Shown here in pieces: positions 43,920 to 54,079 of a stretch of DNA of 64,000 bases; positions within the stretch are counted from its first letter, which is position 1, and each line of letters opens with the position of its first letter. Below the pieces are notes generated by a model. The model was given only the letters and a program-made list of their open reading frames with translations. It searched no databases and was not told the origin of the DNA. This DNA is from an uncultured Actinomycetes bacterium (GTDB lineage: Bacteria; Actinomycetota; Thermoleophilia; UBA2241): positions 71,171-135,170 of the forward strand of contig CAWAPD010000003.1 of the NCBI GenBank assembly GCA_963783865.1, read 5' to 3'. The position numbers were made by a program, and so were the translations under genes.

Positions 43920-44411
43920 TCAGCCTCCGTTGGGAGCCGAGATCGTGCCCTTGAACTGGAAGTTCAACACGCCCTTGATGAAATCGCCGTAGCCGTCGAT
44001 GGTCCCCTTGCCGGTAGCGTTGCTGAACCGGCCCGTTCCCCCGGTCACCGTCCATTGACCGATCCCGCGGAGCACGCCCGGGGCCACCGGGATAGCGACG
44101 TCTTGGCTGGTCAGCGTGAGCGTGTCGCCGTTGGCCGCCGTATACGTCTCGGTGTTGATGTTGTCGAGCCCTCCGGGGATGCTGCTGTCCGGGCCTGTGA
44201 TGACCGCGATCCCATGGTTGGCGCCGCGCCCGAGATGACTGGAGATGCCGGTGCCGCTGAAGGCCACGGTGTCAGGGCCGGTGAAGGCGGCCGTGCCCGA
44301 ATACGACCCGTGAATGGGTACCTGATGGACTCCGGCACCAAGTGCTGAGCTCGCGGTCAGCCCAAGAGCCACGAGAGCGAGCAGCGCCGCGAAGATGAGC
44401 TTCCTGATCAT
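43920..44411 (-). CDS. Secreted hypothetical protein (Gly/Thr-rich beta-type)
   Basis: Start at MIRKLIFAALLALVALGLTASSALGAG (signal peptide) with a GAGGAGG RBS. No recognisable domain. Confidence 0.5.
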   Translation of the reverse strand: MIRKLIFAALLALVALGLTASSALGAGVHQVPIHGSYSGTAAFTGPDTVAFSGTGISSHLGRGANHGIAVITGPDSSIPGGLDNINTETYTAANGDTLTLTSQDVAIPVAPGVLRGIGQWTVTGGTGRFSNATGKGTIDGYGDFIKGVLNFQFKGTISAPNGG

Positions 44412-44462
44412 CGGCCTTGTCCTCCTCTGTAGAGCGAGGCGCAACCTGAAACGGACTCTCCG

Positions 44463-44837
44463 TACGTTTCCCGCCGGGGCGATGCAACCCAGTGACTGTG
44501 TGGCGCGTGGCGAACCCGAGGGACCGTATGCGGCGACAAGGCCGTCTACATCGACCCGATCAGCCGGCCTGGATCGCCCGGACCTCCCTGGCGCGCCGCC
44601 GAAAGGCCCAACGCGCTTAGCATCCGCATTAGTGCGTCATAGACCACTATTACGGTCGGTGTGAGTCTCCGGCGAGGAGCGGCGCCTCCGCCCTATCGAG
44701 AGGGCGACCATGAGCCTCATCGTACGAGACGCGGTGTGCGACTCCGACGCCTGCGAATCTGGATGCGACGCACACGAACACGTGCTTCTTGAGGCCGACC
44801 TATCAGGACCCGGGGGCCCCAGCGGAAGGGGCACGTC
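44463..44837 (+). repeat. Conserved upstream leader region, copy A (homologous to 51470..51723)
   Basis: Shared blocks TGTGTGGCGCGTGGCGAACCC, CATCGACCCGATCAGCC, CTGGATGCGACGC, GTGCTTCTTGAGGC, CAGCGGAAGGGGC. Copy A carries an extra insertion of about 100 nt. Confidence 0.6.
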
Positions 44838-45524
44838 ATGACGAGACTGGCAGGACCACGGCCACGCACGTCCGTCACGCTCGTTCTCGCGTCACTCGTC
44901 CTGCTGCCGGCGCTCACGCTCGCCGCCTGCGCCGGTAACCGTTCGGCGGCGGCCACTCCTCCCGCAGCTGTCGGGAGCCCTTCGACGGCGTCGGCGGCCG
45001 CCAGCAGTCCCCCGTCTGGCCATGCGGCGACCGCCTCGAGCATCGGCGACGGCGTCTATCGGGTCGGGACAGACATCCCCGCGGGCAGGTACAAGGGGAC
45101 CACGGTCAGCGACAGCGACGCGGGCGGCCTCTGGGGCCTCTGGCAGGTATCGAGCGACGCCAACGGCTCCAGCATCATCGCGAGCGACACCGCCACAAAC
45201 CTCACAGGCCAGTTCTACGTTCAGGTCAAGAAGGGCCAGTACCTCAAGCTTTCGGGTGTGGAGATCGTGAAGGCGCCAGTGGCAGCACCTACGAAGATGC
45301 GGTCGAGCGTCGGTGACGGCGTCTACCTGGTCGGGACCGACATCCCCGCGGGCAGGTACAGGGGGGAGCCGACGAATGAATTCGGGGGCAGCTGGAAGAC
45401 GTCACGCGACGCGAACGGCACCCTGGTCGTCCACTCAGCCCATCCAGCTAGGCCCTTCCACATCCACGTGAAGAAGGGCCGGTACCTCTATCTCATGGGA
45501 CTCACGCTCAGGCGAGTCAAGTAG
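44838..45524 (+). CDS. Lipoprotein with an internal tandem about 75-aa repeat (paralog A)
   Basis: Lipobox LTLAAC. Two copies of GDGVY.VGTDIPAGRY.G...W..S.DANG...VKKG.YL.L.G. Confidence 0.6.
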   Translation: MTRLAGPRPRTSVTLVLASLVLLPALTLAACAGNRSAAATPPAAVGSPSTASAAASSPPSGHAATASSIGDGVYRVGTDIPAGRYKGTTVSDSDAGGLWGLWQVSSDANGSSIIASDTATNLTGQFYVQVKKGQYLKLSGVEIVKAPVAAPTKMRSSVGDGVYLVGTDIPAGRYRGEPTNEFGGSWKTSRDANGTLVVHSAHPARPFHIHVKKGRYLYLMGLTLRRVK

Positions 45525-45552
45525 GCAAGAAGGCAAGAAGCCGCTCAAGACG

Positions 45553-45813
45553 TCAGACTCCCGTGCGCCGCACCCAGGTCAACGAGCTGGGCACCTCGGC
45601 GGGGCTCACCGCGCGCGGCGCCTGGCCTCGGCGCACGAGGTTGAAGCGCGCCTTCTTGCCGCCGCCGCCGCAACACTCGTAGGCGACCTCGGTGCCGTCC
45701 TCGGCGATCATCGTCGCCGCGACCCAGCACACCTGGTTGGAGCCCTCCGCGCACTCGACGACCTGCGCCGGCGTCATGCATCCCAGCTCCGTGCACTTCG
45801 ACTCGTCGTTCAT
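45553..45813 (-). CDS. Small Cys-rich protein encoded downstream of arsR (putative metal/arsenite-binding)
   Basis: 86 aa: MNDESKCTELGCM..VVECAEGSNQVCW...YECCGGGG. RBS AAGGACGGGGG. Sits on the same strand as arsR and downstream of it. Confidence 0.4.
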   Translation of the reverse strand: MNDESKCTELGCMTPAQVVECAEGSNQVCWVAATMIAEDGTEVAYECCGGGGKKARFNLVRRGQAPRAVSPAEVPSSLTWVRRTGV

Positions 45814-45835
45814 CTCGAGCCCCCGTCCTTTGGTG

Positions 45836-46183
45836 TCAGCCGCCGGTCAGATCCTGCAGGGCGCGCAGCGTCGCCGCGAACGCCTCGGTGTCGAGCGCGT
45901 AGAAGGTCCACTTGCCGCGCGTCTCCTCGGTCACCAGGCCGGCCTCTTTGAGCACCCGCAGGTGGTAGGACGTGCGGGACTGCCCGAGACCGAACTGCTC
46001 CTGGAACTCGCAGACGCAGATGCCGGCTGGGGTGCCCTCGCCGGGGACGTTGCGCGTGCAGAGGTCGGGCAGCTCGCAACAGTCCCGGCCCTCGGCGAGC
46101 ATGCCGAGCATCTTCAGGCGGATCGGGTCGGACAGGGCTTTGGCGGCCCGGGCCAGCTGCGTGACGTCGGTGGTGGCCGGCAT
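45836..46183 (-). CDS. arsR: ArsR/SmtB-family metalloregulator
   Basis: HTH LSDPIRLKMLGML and a Cys-rich sensing segment (CCELPDLC...CVC). Confidence 0.8.
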   Translation of the reverse strand: MPATTDVTQLARAAKALSDPIRLKMLGMLAEGRDCCELPDLCTRNVPGEGTPAGICVCEFQEQFGLGQSRTSYHLRVLKEAGLVTEETRGKWTFYALDTEAFAATLRALQDLTGG

Positions 46184-46288
46184 CCGTCCTCCCTCAGACC
46201 AAGAAACGCTGATATGGACTTGACATCAAAACCTCGTGATGTGAGCATCATACCACTGGAGTGTGATTTGACAACAGAGGGATGAGCC
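46184..46288. promoter_or_regulatory. Divergent arsR / arsM promoter-operator region
   Basis: TTGACA hexamers at about 46213 and 46268. Imperfect inverted repeat GTGATG-tgag-CATCAT, plausibly the ArsR operator. Confidence 0.4.
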
Positions 46289-47143
46289 ATGGCCGACGAC
46301 ACGACAGTCCGCGACGACGAGCTGAAGGAGCAGATCCGCGAGCGCTACGCCGAAAGGGCGCGGGAGGTCACCGAGTCGGCGCAGTCGGCGAGCTGCTGCG
46401 ACTCCGTCTGCTGCGGCGCCACGCCGCCGGTGGCCAACGACGAGCTCGCCCGCGGGCTCTACAGTGTCGAGGAGACCGGTGAGCTGCCCGATCAGGCGGT
46501 GCTGGCCAGTCTCGGGTGCGGCAACCCGACGGCGCTGGCCGAGCTGCACGAGGGCGAGGTCGTGCTCGATCTGGGCAGCGGCGGCGGGATCGACGTGCTG
46601 CTGTCGGCCCGTCGCGTCGGGCCGACCGGCAAGGCCTACGGTCTCGACATGACCGACGAGATGCTCGCGCTGGCGCGCGAGAACCAGCGCCGGGCCGGCG
46701 TCGCCAACGTCGAGTTCCTCAAGGGCGAGATCGAAGCCGTGCCGCTGCCCGACGTGTCGGTCGACGTGATCATCAGTAACTGCGTCATCAACCTTTCGCT
46801 GGACAAGGACAAGGTGCTCGCCGAGGCGTACCGCGTGCTGAGGCCCGGCGGGCGCTTCGCCGTCAGCGACATGGTCTTCAGGGGCGACCTCAGCCTGGTG
46901 CCCGACGAGATCATGCGCAGCGTCGAGGCGTGGGGCGGTTGCATCTCGGGGGCGCTCGAGGAGAGCGACTACGTCGCCCGCCTCGAGCGCGCCGGCTTCG
47001 TCGACGCCGAGGTCGTGGTGACCCAGGACTACCGCGAGACCTACGGCGCCGAGATCGAGCGGGCCTGCGGTGTCGGCCTGCCGGACGGCGTCACCCTGGT
47101 GGGCGCCTTCGTGCGCGCCGCCAAGCCGGCGGCGGCCAAGTAG
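46289..47143 (+). CDS. arsM: Arsenite S-adenosylmethionine methyltransferase
   Basis: Conserved As(III)-binding cysteines ([11 protein letters not shown], ...GCG..., SNCVINL) and SAM motif [11 protein letters not shown]. Confidence 0.8.
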   Translation: MADDTTVRDDELKEQIRERYAERAREVTESAQSASCCDSVCCGATPPVANDELARGLYSVEETGELPDQAVLASLGCGNPTALAELHEGEVVLDLGSGGGIDVLLSARRVGPTGKAYGLDMTDEMLALARENQRRAGVANVEFLKGEIEAVPLPDVSVDVIISNCVINLSLDKDKVLAEAYRVLRPGGRFAVSDMVFRGDLSLVPDEIMRSVEAWGGCISGALEESDYVARLERAGFVDAEVVVTQDYRETYGAEIERACGVGLPDGVTLVGAFVRAAKPAAAK

Positions 47144-47158
47144 GGCGGCGAGTCAGCG

Positions 47159-47959
47159 ATGCGCACCATCTCCATCGGCCGGCCGTTCGCCGTCTTCTCG
47201 GACGTGCACGGCAATCTGCCCGGGCTCGAGGCGATCCTCGCCGACGTCGACCGCCGCGGGATCGCAGACGTGCTCTGCCTCGGCGACCTCGTCGGCTACG
47301 GACCCTTTCCCGACGAGGTCGCCGCGCTCGTCCGCGACCGCGGCATCCCCACCCTGATGGGCAACTACGACCAGGGTATCGGCTTCTCCACCGGCGACTG
47401 CGGCTGCGTCTACAAGACCGACGAGCAGCGCGACGAGGGGGCGGTCTCGCTGACCTGGACCGACGCGGTGACCGGCGACGAGACGCGGGCTTACCTGCGC
47501 AGCCTCGAGGACCGCTTCGTGCTGGAGACGCCGGCCGGCGAGCTGCTCGCCGTGCACGGCAGCCCGCGGCGTATCAACGAGTACCTCTTCGAGGATCGTC
47601 CGGAGAGCGCCATGACCCGCATGGCCGAGGCAAACCCCTATCGCGCCATCCTCTTCGGCCACACGCACGTGCCCTATGCGCGCGAGGTCGCCCGCGGGGC
47701 GGCCGGCGAGACGACGTTGTTCGTCAACGTCGGCAGCGCCGGCCGCCCCAAGGACGGCGACTGGCGCGTGTGCTACGCGCTGGTCGACCCCGGCAGGCTC
47801 GCCGCCGGCGAGCCTGCCGTCGAGTTCGTGCGCGTCCCTTACGACTACGATCGCCTGACCGCGGCGCTCGCGGCGACCGACCTGATCACCGCGTTCGACC
47901 CTCCGCCACACCCGGCGAGCGCCGACCGGCGGGCGGCCACCGGCGGAGACACACGGTGA
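47159..47959 (+). CDS. Metallophosphoesterase family protein (YfcE/MJ0936-like)
   Basis: Motifs [18 protein letters not shown], and GHTH. Confidence 0.7.
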   Translation: MRTISIGRPFAVFSDVHGNLPGLEAILADVDRRGIADVLCLGDLVGYGPFPDEVAALVRDRGIPTLMGNYDQGIGFSTGDCGCVYKTDEQRDEGAVSLTWTDAVTGDETRAYLRSLEDRFVLETPAGELLAVHGSPRRINEYLFEDRPESAMTRMAEANPYRAILFGHTHVPYAREVARGAAGETTLFVNVGSAGRPKDGDWRVCYALVDPGRLAAGEPAVEFVRVPYDYDRLTAALAATDLITAFDPPPHPASADRRAATGGDTR

Positions 47960-49134
47960 CCTCACACGACGGCGTCACGCGCAGGCTCTCGTTCCTCGAC
48001 CGCTACCTGACGCTCTGGATCTTCCTCGCCATGTTCGCCGGGGTGTTCCTCGGCTGGGCGTTCACCGGCCTGCCACAGTTCATCCAGCGCTGGTCGGTGG
48101 GCACGACCAACATCCCCATCGCCATCGGCCTCATCGTGATGATGTATCCGCCACTGGCCAAGGTGCGCTACGAGGAGCTCGGCGACGTCTTCCGCGACTG
48201 GAAGATCCTCGGCCTGTCGCTGGTGCAGAACTGGGTGATCGGGCCGATCGTGATGTTCCTGCTCGCGGTCGTCTTCCTGCACAACTACCCGGAGTACATG
48301 GTCGGCCTCATCATGATCGGCCTGGCGCGCTGCATCGCCATGGTCATCGTCTGGAACCAGCTCGCGAAGGGCGACACCGAGTACGCCGCCGGGCTCGTCG
48401 CCTTCAACAGCGTCTTCCAGGTCCTCTTCTACAGCCTCTTCGCCTGGATCTTCGTCACCAAGCTGCCGCCCCTGTTCGGCCTGCACGGCGTCGCCGTCGA
48501 CGTCTCCATCGGGCAGATCGCGAAGAGCGTGTTCATCTACCTCGGCATCCCGTTCGTCGCCGGCATGCTGACGCGCTACCTGGGGCTCAAGTACAAGGGC
48601 CGCGAGTGGTACGAGCAGAAGTTCATCCCCCGCATCAGTCCCCTCACGCTCATCGCCCTGCTGTTCACCATCTTCGTGATGTTCAGCCTCAAGGGCGACC
48701 TCATCGTCAAGCTGCCGCTCGACGTCGTGCGCATCGCCGTGCCGCTGCTCTGCTACTTCGTGATCATGTTCTTCGTGAGCTTCTTCATGGGCCGCCGCGT
48801 CGGCGCCGACTACTCGAAGACGGCCACGCTGAGCTTCACGGCCGCGAGCAACAACTTCGAGCTGGCGATCGCGGTCACGGTCGCCGTCTTCGGCCTGAAC
48901 TCCGGGCAGGCGTTCGCGGCGGTCATCGGCCCGCTGGTGGAGGTGCCGGTCATGATCGGCCTCGTGAACGTGGCGCTGTTGATGGGGCGCAGGTACTGGG
49001 GGATGACCGACGAGCCGCTGCCGGCGGCGGTCGAGGCAGGGTTGGAGGACGTCGCGTGCGACCCGCTCGAGGGCCGGCCGACCGGCGGCGTACGGACGAT
49101 CGAACCGGGACGAACGAGAGAGGCGAGCGAATGA
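47956..49134 (+). CDS. acr3: Arsenite efflux transporter, ACR3 family
   Basis: GTG overlaps the upstream stop. Ten TM helices. ACR3 signature MMYPPLAKV and conserved Cys in ...GLARCIAMV. Confidence 0.85.
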   Translation: MTSHDGVTRRLSFLDRYLTLWIFLAMFAGVFLGWAFTGLPQFIQRWSVGTTNIPIAIGLIVMMYPPLAKVRYEELGDVFRDWKILGLSLVQNWVIGPIVMFLLAVVFLHNYPEYMVGLIMIGLARCIAMVIVWNQLAKGDTEYAAGLVAFNSVFQVLFYSLFAWIFVTKLPPLFGLHGVAVDVSIGQIAKSVFIYLGIPFVAGMLTRYLGLKYKGREWYEQKFIPRISPLTLIALLFTIFVMFSLKGDLIVKLPLDVVRIAVPLLCYFVIMFFVSFFMGRRVGADYSKTATLSFTAASNNFELAIAVTVAVFGLNSGQAFAAVIGPLVEVPVMIGLVNVALLMGRRYWGMTDEPLPAAVEAGLEDVACDPLEGRPTGGVRTIEPGRTREASE

Positions 49135-49394
49135 GCGACACGGACAAGGCGGTCCGGCACATCGACATCGAGTGGGGCCCGGCGATCGACGCCGCGGCCT
49201 GCACCGGTTGTGGGACCTGCATCGACTTCTGCCACCACGACGTTTACGCGTGGAGCGACGACCGGAGCACCGTGGTGGTCGCACGCAAGACGGACTGCGT
49301 GCCCGGCTGCTCCCACTGCGGCACGCTCTGCGAGGCGCAGGCGATCTCGTTCCCGACCTTCGAGGACATCAAGCGGGCGCGCCGCGGCGAGTGA
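49131..49394 (+). CDS. Small 2x[4Fe-4S] ferredoxin-like protein
   Basis: [11 protein letters not shown] and [12 protein letters not shown] cysteine clusters. ATG overlaps the acr3 stop (ATGA). Confidence 0.6.
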   Translation: MSDTDKAVRHIDIEWGPAIDAAACTGCGTCIDFCHHDVYAWSDDRSTVVVARKTDCVPGCSHCGTLCEAQAISFPTFEDIKRARRGE

Positions 49395-49431
49395 GCTCGC
49401 AGCGGATCCGCGAACAACGAAGGAGGAAGAC

Positions 49432-49968
49432 ATGAGCAAGCCCCGGGTGCTGTTCATGTGTACCGGCAACACGGCGCGCAGCCAGATGGCCGAGGCCTTC
49501 CTGCGCGCCTACGGGGGCGACCGCTACGAGGCCTACAGCGCCGGCTTCGAGCCGAAAGAGATCAACCCGCTGACGATCGCGGTCATGCAGGAACGCGGGT
49601 TCGACCTGGCCGGCCAGTACGCCAAGGGGCTGAGCGAGTTTCTCGGCAGGGTGCACTTCGGCTATCTCATCACGGTCTGCAGCCGGGCGGAGGCCGAGTG
49701 CCCCACCTTCCCCGGCATGGGTACGCGCGAGAACTGGTCGTTCGAGGATCCCGCCGCTTTCGAGGGGACACAGGAGGAGCGTCTCGAGAAGTTCCGTGAG
49801 GTCCGCGACGCGATCGAGACCCGCGTCCGCGAGTGGCTCGCAGGCGCACTGACCCCGCCGTTTCCTTCCTCTCGTCGCTTGATGACTTCAAGCACCTGCG
49901 AAGCGGTGAATGGGCACGGAGGGTGGGCGGGGCTCGACGAGGTCGTCTCGCTCGCAAGCCGCCGCTAA
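49432..49968 (+). CDS. arsC: Arsenate reductase, LMW-PTPase family
   Basis: P-loop [16 protein letters not shown], second Cys in [23 protein letters not shown]. Confidence 0.8.
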   Translation: MSKPRVLFMCTGNTARSQMAEAFLRAYGGDRYEAYSAGFEPKEINPLTIAVMQERGFDLAGQYAKGLSEFLGRVHFGYLITVCSRAEAECPTFPGMGTRENWSFEDPAAFEGTQEERLEKFREVRDAIETRVREWLAGALTPPFPSSRRLMTSSTCEAVNGHGGWAGLDEVVSLASRR

Positions 49969-49993
49969 ACCCTTCCCGTGCCCATGGCCTTTC

Positions 49994-50482
49994 TCAGACG
50001 GCGATCTCCCCAAGCCGGGAGCCGGAACCTTGGACACGCGCCTCGATGAAGTCCTTGAAGCGCCCCAGATCCGCTGCCACCACCTCGTTCACCGCCGCCA
50101 GCATGTAGCTCTCATTCGCCATGAGCGCGGCTTCCGGCTCCCAGTCCATATGGAAGGTGACGCGACACGCCGAATCCCCGAGCGGCTCGAACGTGACGCG
50201 GCCCCCGTTGGGCTTCTCATCAGGCGTTGCACCGACGCTCTCCCAGGAGATGCGACTGTTCGGGACCTGCTCGGTGATCCGGGCGTCCCACTCGCGGGTC
50301 TCGCCCTCGACCGTGGCGACCTCGCTCCTGACCTTTGCGACCCAGTGGAGGCGGCTCTCGTCGATCTGCTCGACAGACGCGACCCCTTCCATCCACCGGG
50401 GGAAGGTCTCGAACTGGGCCCACTGGCCGTACGCGGTGGCGACGTCGACGTTCACGTGTACGGACTGTTCTACGGTAGGCAT
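49994..50482 (-). CDS. SRPBCC-family (polyketide cyclase / AHSA1-like) protein
   Basis: Bet v1-like pattern (HVNVDVATAYGQWAQFETFPRWM). Start at MPTVEQ with a GAGGAGG RBS. Confidence 0.6.
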   Translation of the reverse strand: MPTVEQSVHVNVDVATAYGQWAQFETFPRWMEGVASVEQIDESRLHWVAKVRSEVATVEGETREWDARITEQVPNSRISWESVGATPDEKPNGGRVTFEPLGDSACRVTFHMDWEPEAALMANESYMLAAVNEVVAADLGRFKDFIEARVQGSGSRLGEIAV

Positions 50483-50628
50483 GGAGTACGCCTCCTCATG
50501 TGACTCAAGGGCTACATTCGGCCGAGGCCGGGGGCGATGGATGCCTCGGCCTCGGCAGCTTCTCAATGGTTGCGCCCTTCAGGCCACGGACATGACGCAT
50601 GTCCGCGCGACCCGCGGTCCGACGCTTG

Positions 50629-51447
50629 TCACGCCGCCGGTCGCAGCTCGCTCCTGGGGGCGGCCGCGGAGGCGGGCGCGACGGACTCGACCGGCTCGAA
50701 GCCGAGCTGCTTCAGACCAGCAGGCCTGAAGCCCTTGACGACGAGGTAGACGCCCAGCGAGAACTCCCACACCGCGATCGGCAGTGCGGCGAGCCCTGAG
50801 ATCGGGGATCCATAGTGGTTGGCGCCGAACAACGTCGCGATGCTGGAAGCGAGAAGCAGGGGCGCTCCGATGAATCCGATCACGGGCAGGATGCGCGGCA
50901 CCAGGCGCGACTGGTAGAGCAGGGAACCCAGCAGTACGGCACTCACGGCCGGGAAGAGGCTCTGCCCGAGGACCATTGTCCAGTCATGCATGCTGATCAG
51001 CGCATGGCTGGTGGCCAGTGCACTCGTTCCGGTGCCGGCCCGCCGCAGGGCAACCACCGACAGGAGGGTGAAGACGCCGACGAAGATCATGGAGGCTTCC
51101 AGGGTGCGCACGCCGACGAAGCCCAGCGCCATCCCTTCGTTCTGCCGCTTGACCACCGGGTAGAGCGCCACGGCGGTGCCGATGCCGGCGAGGGCCACGA
51201 TCAGCTCCAGGGTGCCGCCGATGAACACGCGAGTGTCCGGGCCGGGGCCGAGGATGTAGTTCGCCCCACGCACCGCAGTGTAGAGAAACAGGGTCGGGAC
51301 CGAGACGAAGGTGATCAGGTAGAACACTCCCGCGGTCAGCGAGATCTTTCTCGTCGAAGTCCATGTTGATCGACTCCCTCCAAACGGCTCTTTGTCGAGC
51401 CGGGCGATTGCGACGATGCGCATACGAATATCTCGAAAACTCAGCAC
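50629..51447 (-). CDS. DUF4386-like polytopic membrane protein
   Basis: Seven to eight TM helices, no catalytic motifs. Start uncertain. Confidence 0.4.
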   Translation of the reverse strand: MLSFRDIRMRIVAIARLDKEPFGGSRSTWTSTRKISLTAGVFYLITFVSVPTLFLYTAVRGANYILGPGPDTRVFIGGTLELIVALAGIGTAVALYPVVKRQNEGMALGFVGVRTLEASMIFVGVFTLLSVVALRRAGTGTSALATSHALISMHDWTMVLGQSLFPAVSAVLLGSLLYQSRLVPRILPVIGFIGAPLLLASSIATLFGANHYGSPISGLAALPIAVWEFSLGVYLVVKGFRPAGLKQLGFEPVESVAPASAAAPRSELRPAA

Positions 51448-51469
51448 CCCGGCTTAGCAGGGGATGCCT

Positions 51470-51723
51470 GACCATGCCCTGTGTGGCGCGTGGCGAACCC
51501 AAGGGACCGTTCGCGGCGACAAGCCCGTTCACATCGACCCGATCAGCCGACCTGGGCCGCCCGGATCTCCCTGGCGCCGCCGAAGGGCCCAACACGTTAG
51601 CGTTCCGCACTAGTGAGCCATAGACGACTCCGACGCCTGCAAACCTGGATGCGACGCGCACGAAGAGGTGCTTCTTGAGGCAGACCTGTCAGAACTCGGG
51701 GGCCACAGCGGAAGGGGCGCGTC
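51470..51723 (+). repeat. Conserved upstream leader region, copy B
   Basis: See copy A. The shared blocks run over about 250 nt and end at the start codon. Confidence 0.6.
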
Positions 51724-52389
51724 ATGGTGAGACTAGCAGGACCACGACCACGCATATCCATCACGCGCGTTCTCGCGTCACTCGTCTTGCTGCCGGCGCT
51801 CACGCTCGCCGCCTGCGCCGGTAACCGTTCGACGGCCGCCACTCCCACCGCAGCAGTCGGGAGCCCGTCGACAGCACCGGCCGCCAGCAGTCCCTCGCCT
51901 GGCCATGCGGCGACCGCGCCGAACGTCGGCGACGGCGTCTATCTGGTCGGGACCGACATCCCCGCGGGCAGGTACAGGGGGACCGGGGTCAGCGACGCCG
52001 GCCTATGGCAGGTATCGAGCGACCCCAACGGCTCCAGCATCGTCGCGAGCGACACCACCACGACCACCACGGGCCAGTTCTATGTTCAGGTCAAGAAAGG
52101 CCAGTACCTCAAGCTTTCGGGTGTGGAGATCGTGAAGGCGCCAGCGGCAGCGCCTACGAAGATGCGGTCGAGCGTCGGCGACGGCACCTATCTGGTCGGC
52201 ACCGACATCCCCGCCGGCAGGTACAGGGGGGAGCCGACGTCTGACTGGGGGGGCTCGTGGAGGATATCGCGCGACGCGAACGGCACCCTAGGCGTCCATT
52301 CAGCCCATCCAGCTAGGCCCTTCTCCATCCACGTGAAGAAGGGCCGGTACCTCGACCTCATCGGGCTCACGCTCACGCGAGTCAAGTAA
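51724..52389 (+). CDS. Lipoprotein with an internal tandem repeat (paralog B)
   Basis: Roughly 80% identical to paralog A, same lipobox LTLAAC and the same two-repeat architecture. Confidence 0.6.
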   Translation: MVRLAGPRPRISITRVLASLVLLPALTLAACAGNRSTAATPTAAVGSPSTAPAASSPSPGHAATAPNVGDGVYLVGTDIPAGRYRGTGVSDAGLWQVSSDPNGSSIVASDTTTTTTGQFYVQVKKGQYLKLSGVEIVKAPAAAPTKMRSSVGDGTYLVGTDIPAGRYRGEPTSDWGGSWRISRDANGTLGVHSAHPARPFSIHVKKGRYLDLIGLTLTRVK

Positions 52390-52539
52390 GCATGCCCTGG
52401 AATCTCGATGGTGGAGTCATTCACCACGATGTTGCTGTCGCCGGTTACCAGGCGGCCGCGTTGACGAACACACACGCTGGTGACGCAAGGGGCCGCCTTC
52501 AGGCGGCCCCTTGCGTTCCGGACCCGTCCGAGCGCGCCG

Positions 52540-53172
52540 TCAGGGGTTCGCCCGCAGGTACTCCTCGATGCCCGACATGTCGCCCTGCTTGGCCCGATCG
52601 ACCAGCTCCTTGAAGTACGTGACCGATTCCTTCACGAAGCCGCCCGCCTCCTCGGGATCGCCGTCTCTGTGCAGCGGCATCAGCCTGATCTGGCGCTCGA
52701 CAGCCGCGATCGCCGCCTGCTCCCGAGCGGTGTCCTTCGCATCGTGCGCTGCCACCCACTCCCTGAGCCAGGCATTGGTCGACTGCCCCCAGGCAGCGAT
52801 GAAGCCGAACTTGCTGCCGAAGACCGCGTCGGCAGGCAAATCCGGCTCGGTCCACGTGGCGCCGGCCGGGAGCGGCATCCGCTGCTGGGCGGCATGGAAC
52901 TCGTTCAGCGCCGTCGGCCGGTCGGTGAGGTAGGAGAAGTAAGCCCAGGCCGCGGTGGGGAGAACCACGGCGAGCAGCGCGGCGACGAGCGCGACTCGCG
53001 CCACCTGCCGGCCCCGGGAACTCCGGGGAGGCGCAGAAGCCTGCCGTCGCTCCGAGACGGGCTCCGAGCGGAGGATCGCCTCCCGGGTGGCCTCGCGGAC
53101 GGCGGGGGAGGCGGGCGGCATGGTCCGCGCGGGGTCGGCAGCCGCGATGGTAGCCATGAGTCGATCAGTCAT
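52540..53172 (-). CDS. Anti-sigma factor (single-pass membrane)
   Basis: Overlaps the ECF sigma gene by 8 nt. One TM helix (VALVAALLAVVLPTAAWAYF) and a periplasmic domain. Confidence 0.55.
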   Translation of the reverse strand: MTDRLMATIAAADPARTMPPASPAVREATREAILRSEPVSERRQASAPPRSSRGRQVARVALVAALLAVVLPTAAWAYFSYLTDRPTALNEFHAAQQRMPLPAGATWTEPDLPADAVFGSKFGFIAAWGQSTNAWLREWVAAHDAKDTAREQAAIAAVERQIRLMPLHRDGDPEEAGGFVKESVTYFKELVDRAKQGDMSGIEEYLRANP

Positions 53173-53782
53173 GCCGGCCTCCTTGGGTCACCAGACAGGG
53201 ATGGCGGTTCGGCGCCTCCGGTTCTTGTACGCCCGATAGGGCATCGGGACCCGCCTCCGCGACCAGCGCGCGGAACCTGCGCCGGGCGCGATGCAGCCGC
53301 AGGGCGACGTTGGCCCGGGAGCAGCCGAGGACCACGGCCACGGCGCCGCGGTCCAGGCCCTCCCAGGCCACCAGCAGAAGGACCTCGCGGTCGGCTTCGG
53401 GCAGCCGCTGGAGGAGTTGCAGCACGCGGCCGCCGCTCTCGCCGGCGGCGACGAGCGGCGTGTCGGCTTCCTCGCGCGGCCGGGCCGTCGCTTCGGTCAG
53501 TTCCCGCTCCCGGCGTCGCCGCTCGCCCCGTTGGATGTTGAGGTGCGCGTTCCGCGCCACGGCGAGCAGCCAGGGAAGGGCGGCGTCGGCGGGAATGTCG
53601 CCGAGCCGCTTCCAGGCCACGAGGAATGTCTCCGCCACCACGTCGTCCGCGAACGCGGGGTCCCGTCGCCAGGCATACGCCCTGACAACCGCGTGATGGG
53701 CGTCGTAGAGGGCGTTGAACTCGCCCTCGCGGCGTTTCACGTGATCATGCATCTTCCTCCTTCGCTTCGCGGATGCTCTCAC
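53165..53782 (-). CDS. ECF (sigma-70 family, group IV) sigma factor; likely true start at the internal Met (53752)
   Basis: Region 2 (HAVVRAYAWRR...DVVAETFLVAWKRL) and region 4 HTH (EVLLLVAWEGLDRGAVAVVLGCSRANVALRLHRARRRF). Confidence 0.75.
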   Translation of the reverse strand: MRASAKRRRKMHDHVKRREGEFNALYDAHHAVVRAYAWRRDPAFADDVVAETFLVAWKRLGDIPADAALPWLLAVARNAHLNIQRGERRRRERELTEATARPREEADTPLVAAGESGGRVLQLLQRLPEADREVLLLVAWEGLDRGAVAVVLGCSRANVALRLHRARRRFRALVAEAGPDALSGVQEPEAPNRHPCLVTQGGRHD

Positions 53783-54079
53783 GCTCTAGTGTCCGCGGCG
53801 AGCCGGAGGATTTCAGGGACAGGCTCGATGGTGCCTGCGATCGGCACACGTAGACGACGTCGAAGTTGGCGAACGCGCGCGCCTATGGCCCTCGCACTGG
53901 GCGCCGCCACTCCCGGCAGGCTCGCCTGGCCGACCTTGGGGCCGCTGATGTCGTGGCCAAGGTTTTCGCGGGCTTCCAGCGGTTCCTCTACCAGCCGCAG
54001 ACGGCAGCCTGAGAGGGCCCGCTGTGGCTCACGCCGTCGGTCGGCGTGAGCAGATTCCCTCCGCTCCGCGCGACATGAT

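Noticed and set aside
43835-43935. A second complete tRNA gene
   Set aside because: Only the acceptor 5' strand and D-arm are tRNA-like. The following sequence cannot form a 5-bp anticodon stem with a 7-nt loop, and has no GTTCGANTCC T-arm.
44395-44834. Short ORFs (89, 65 and 108 aa) in the lipoprotein leader region
   Set aside because: They overlap the conserved non-coding leader in mixed frames, and the paralogous copy B does not preserve them.
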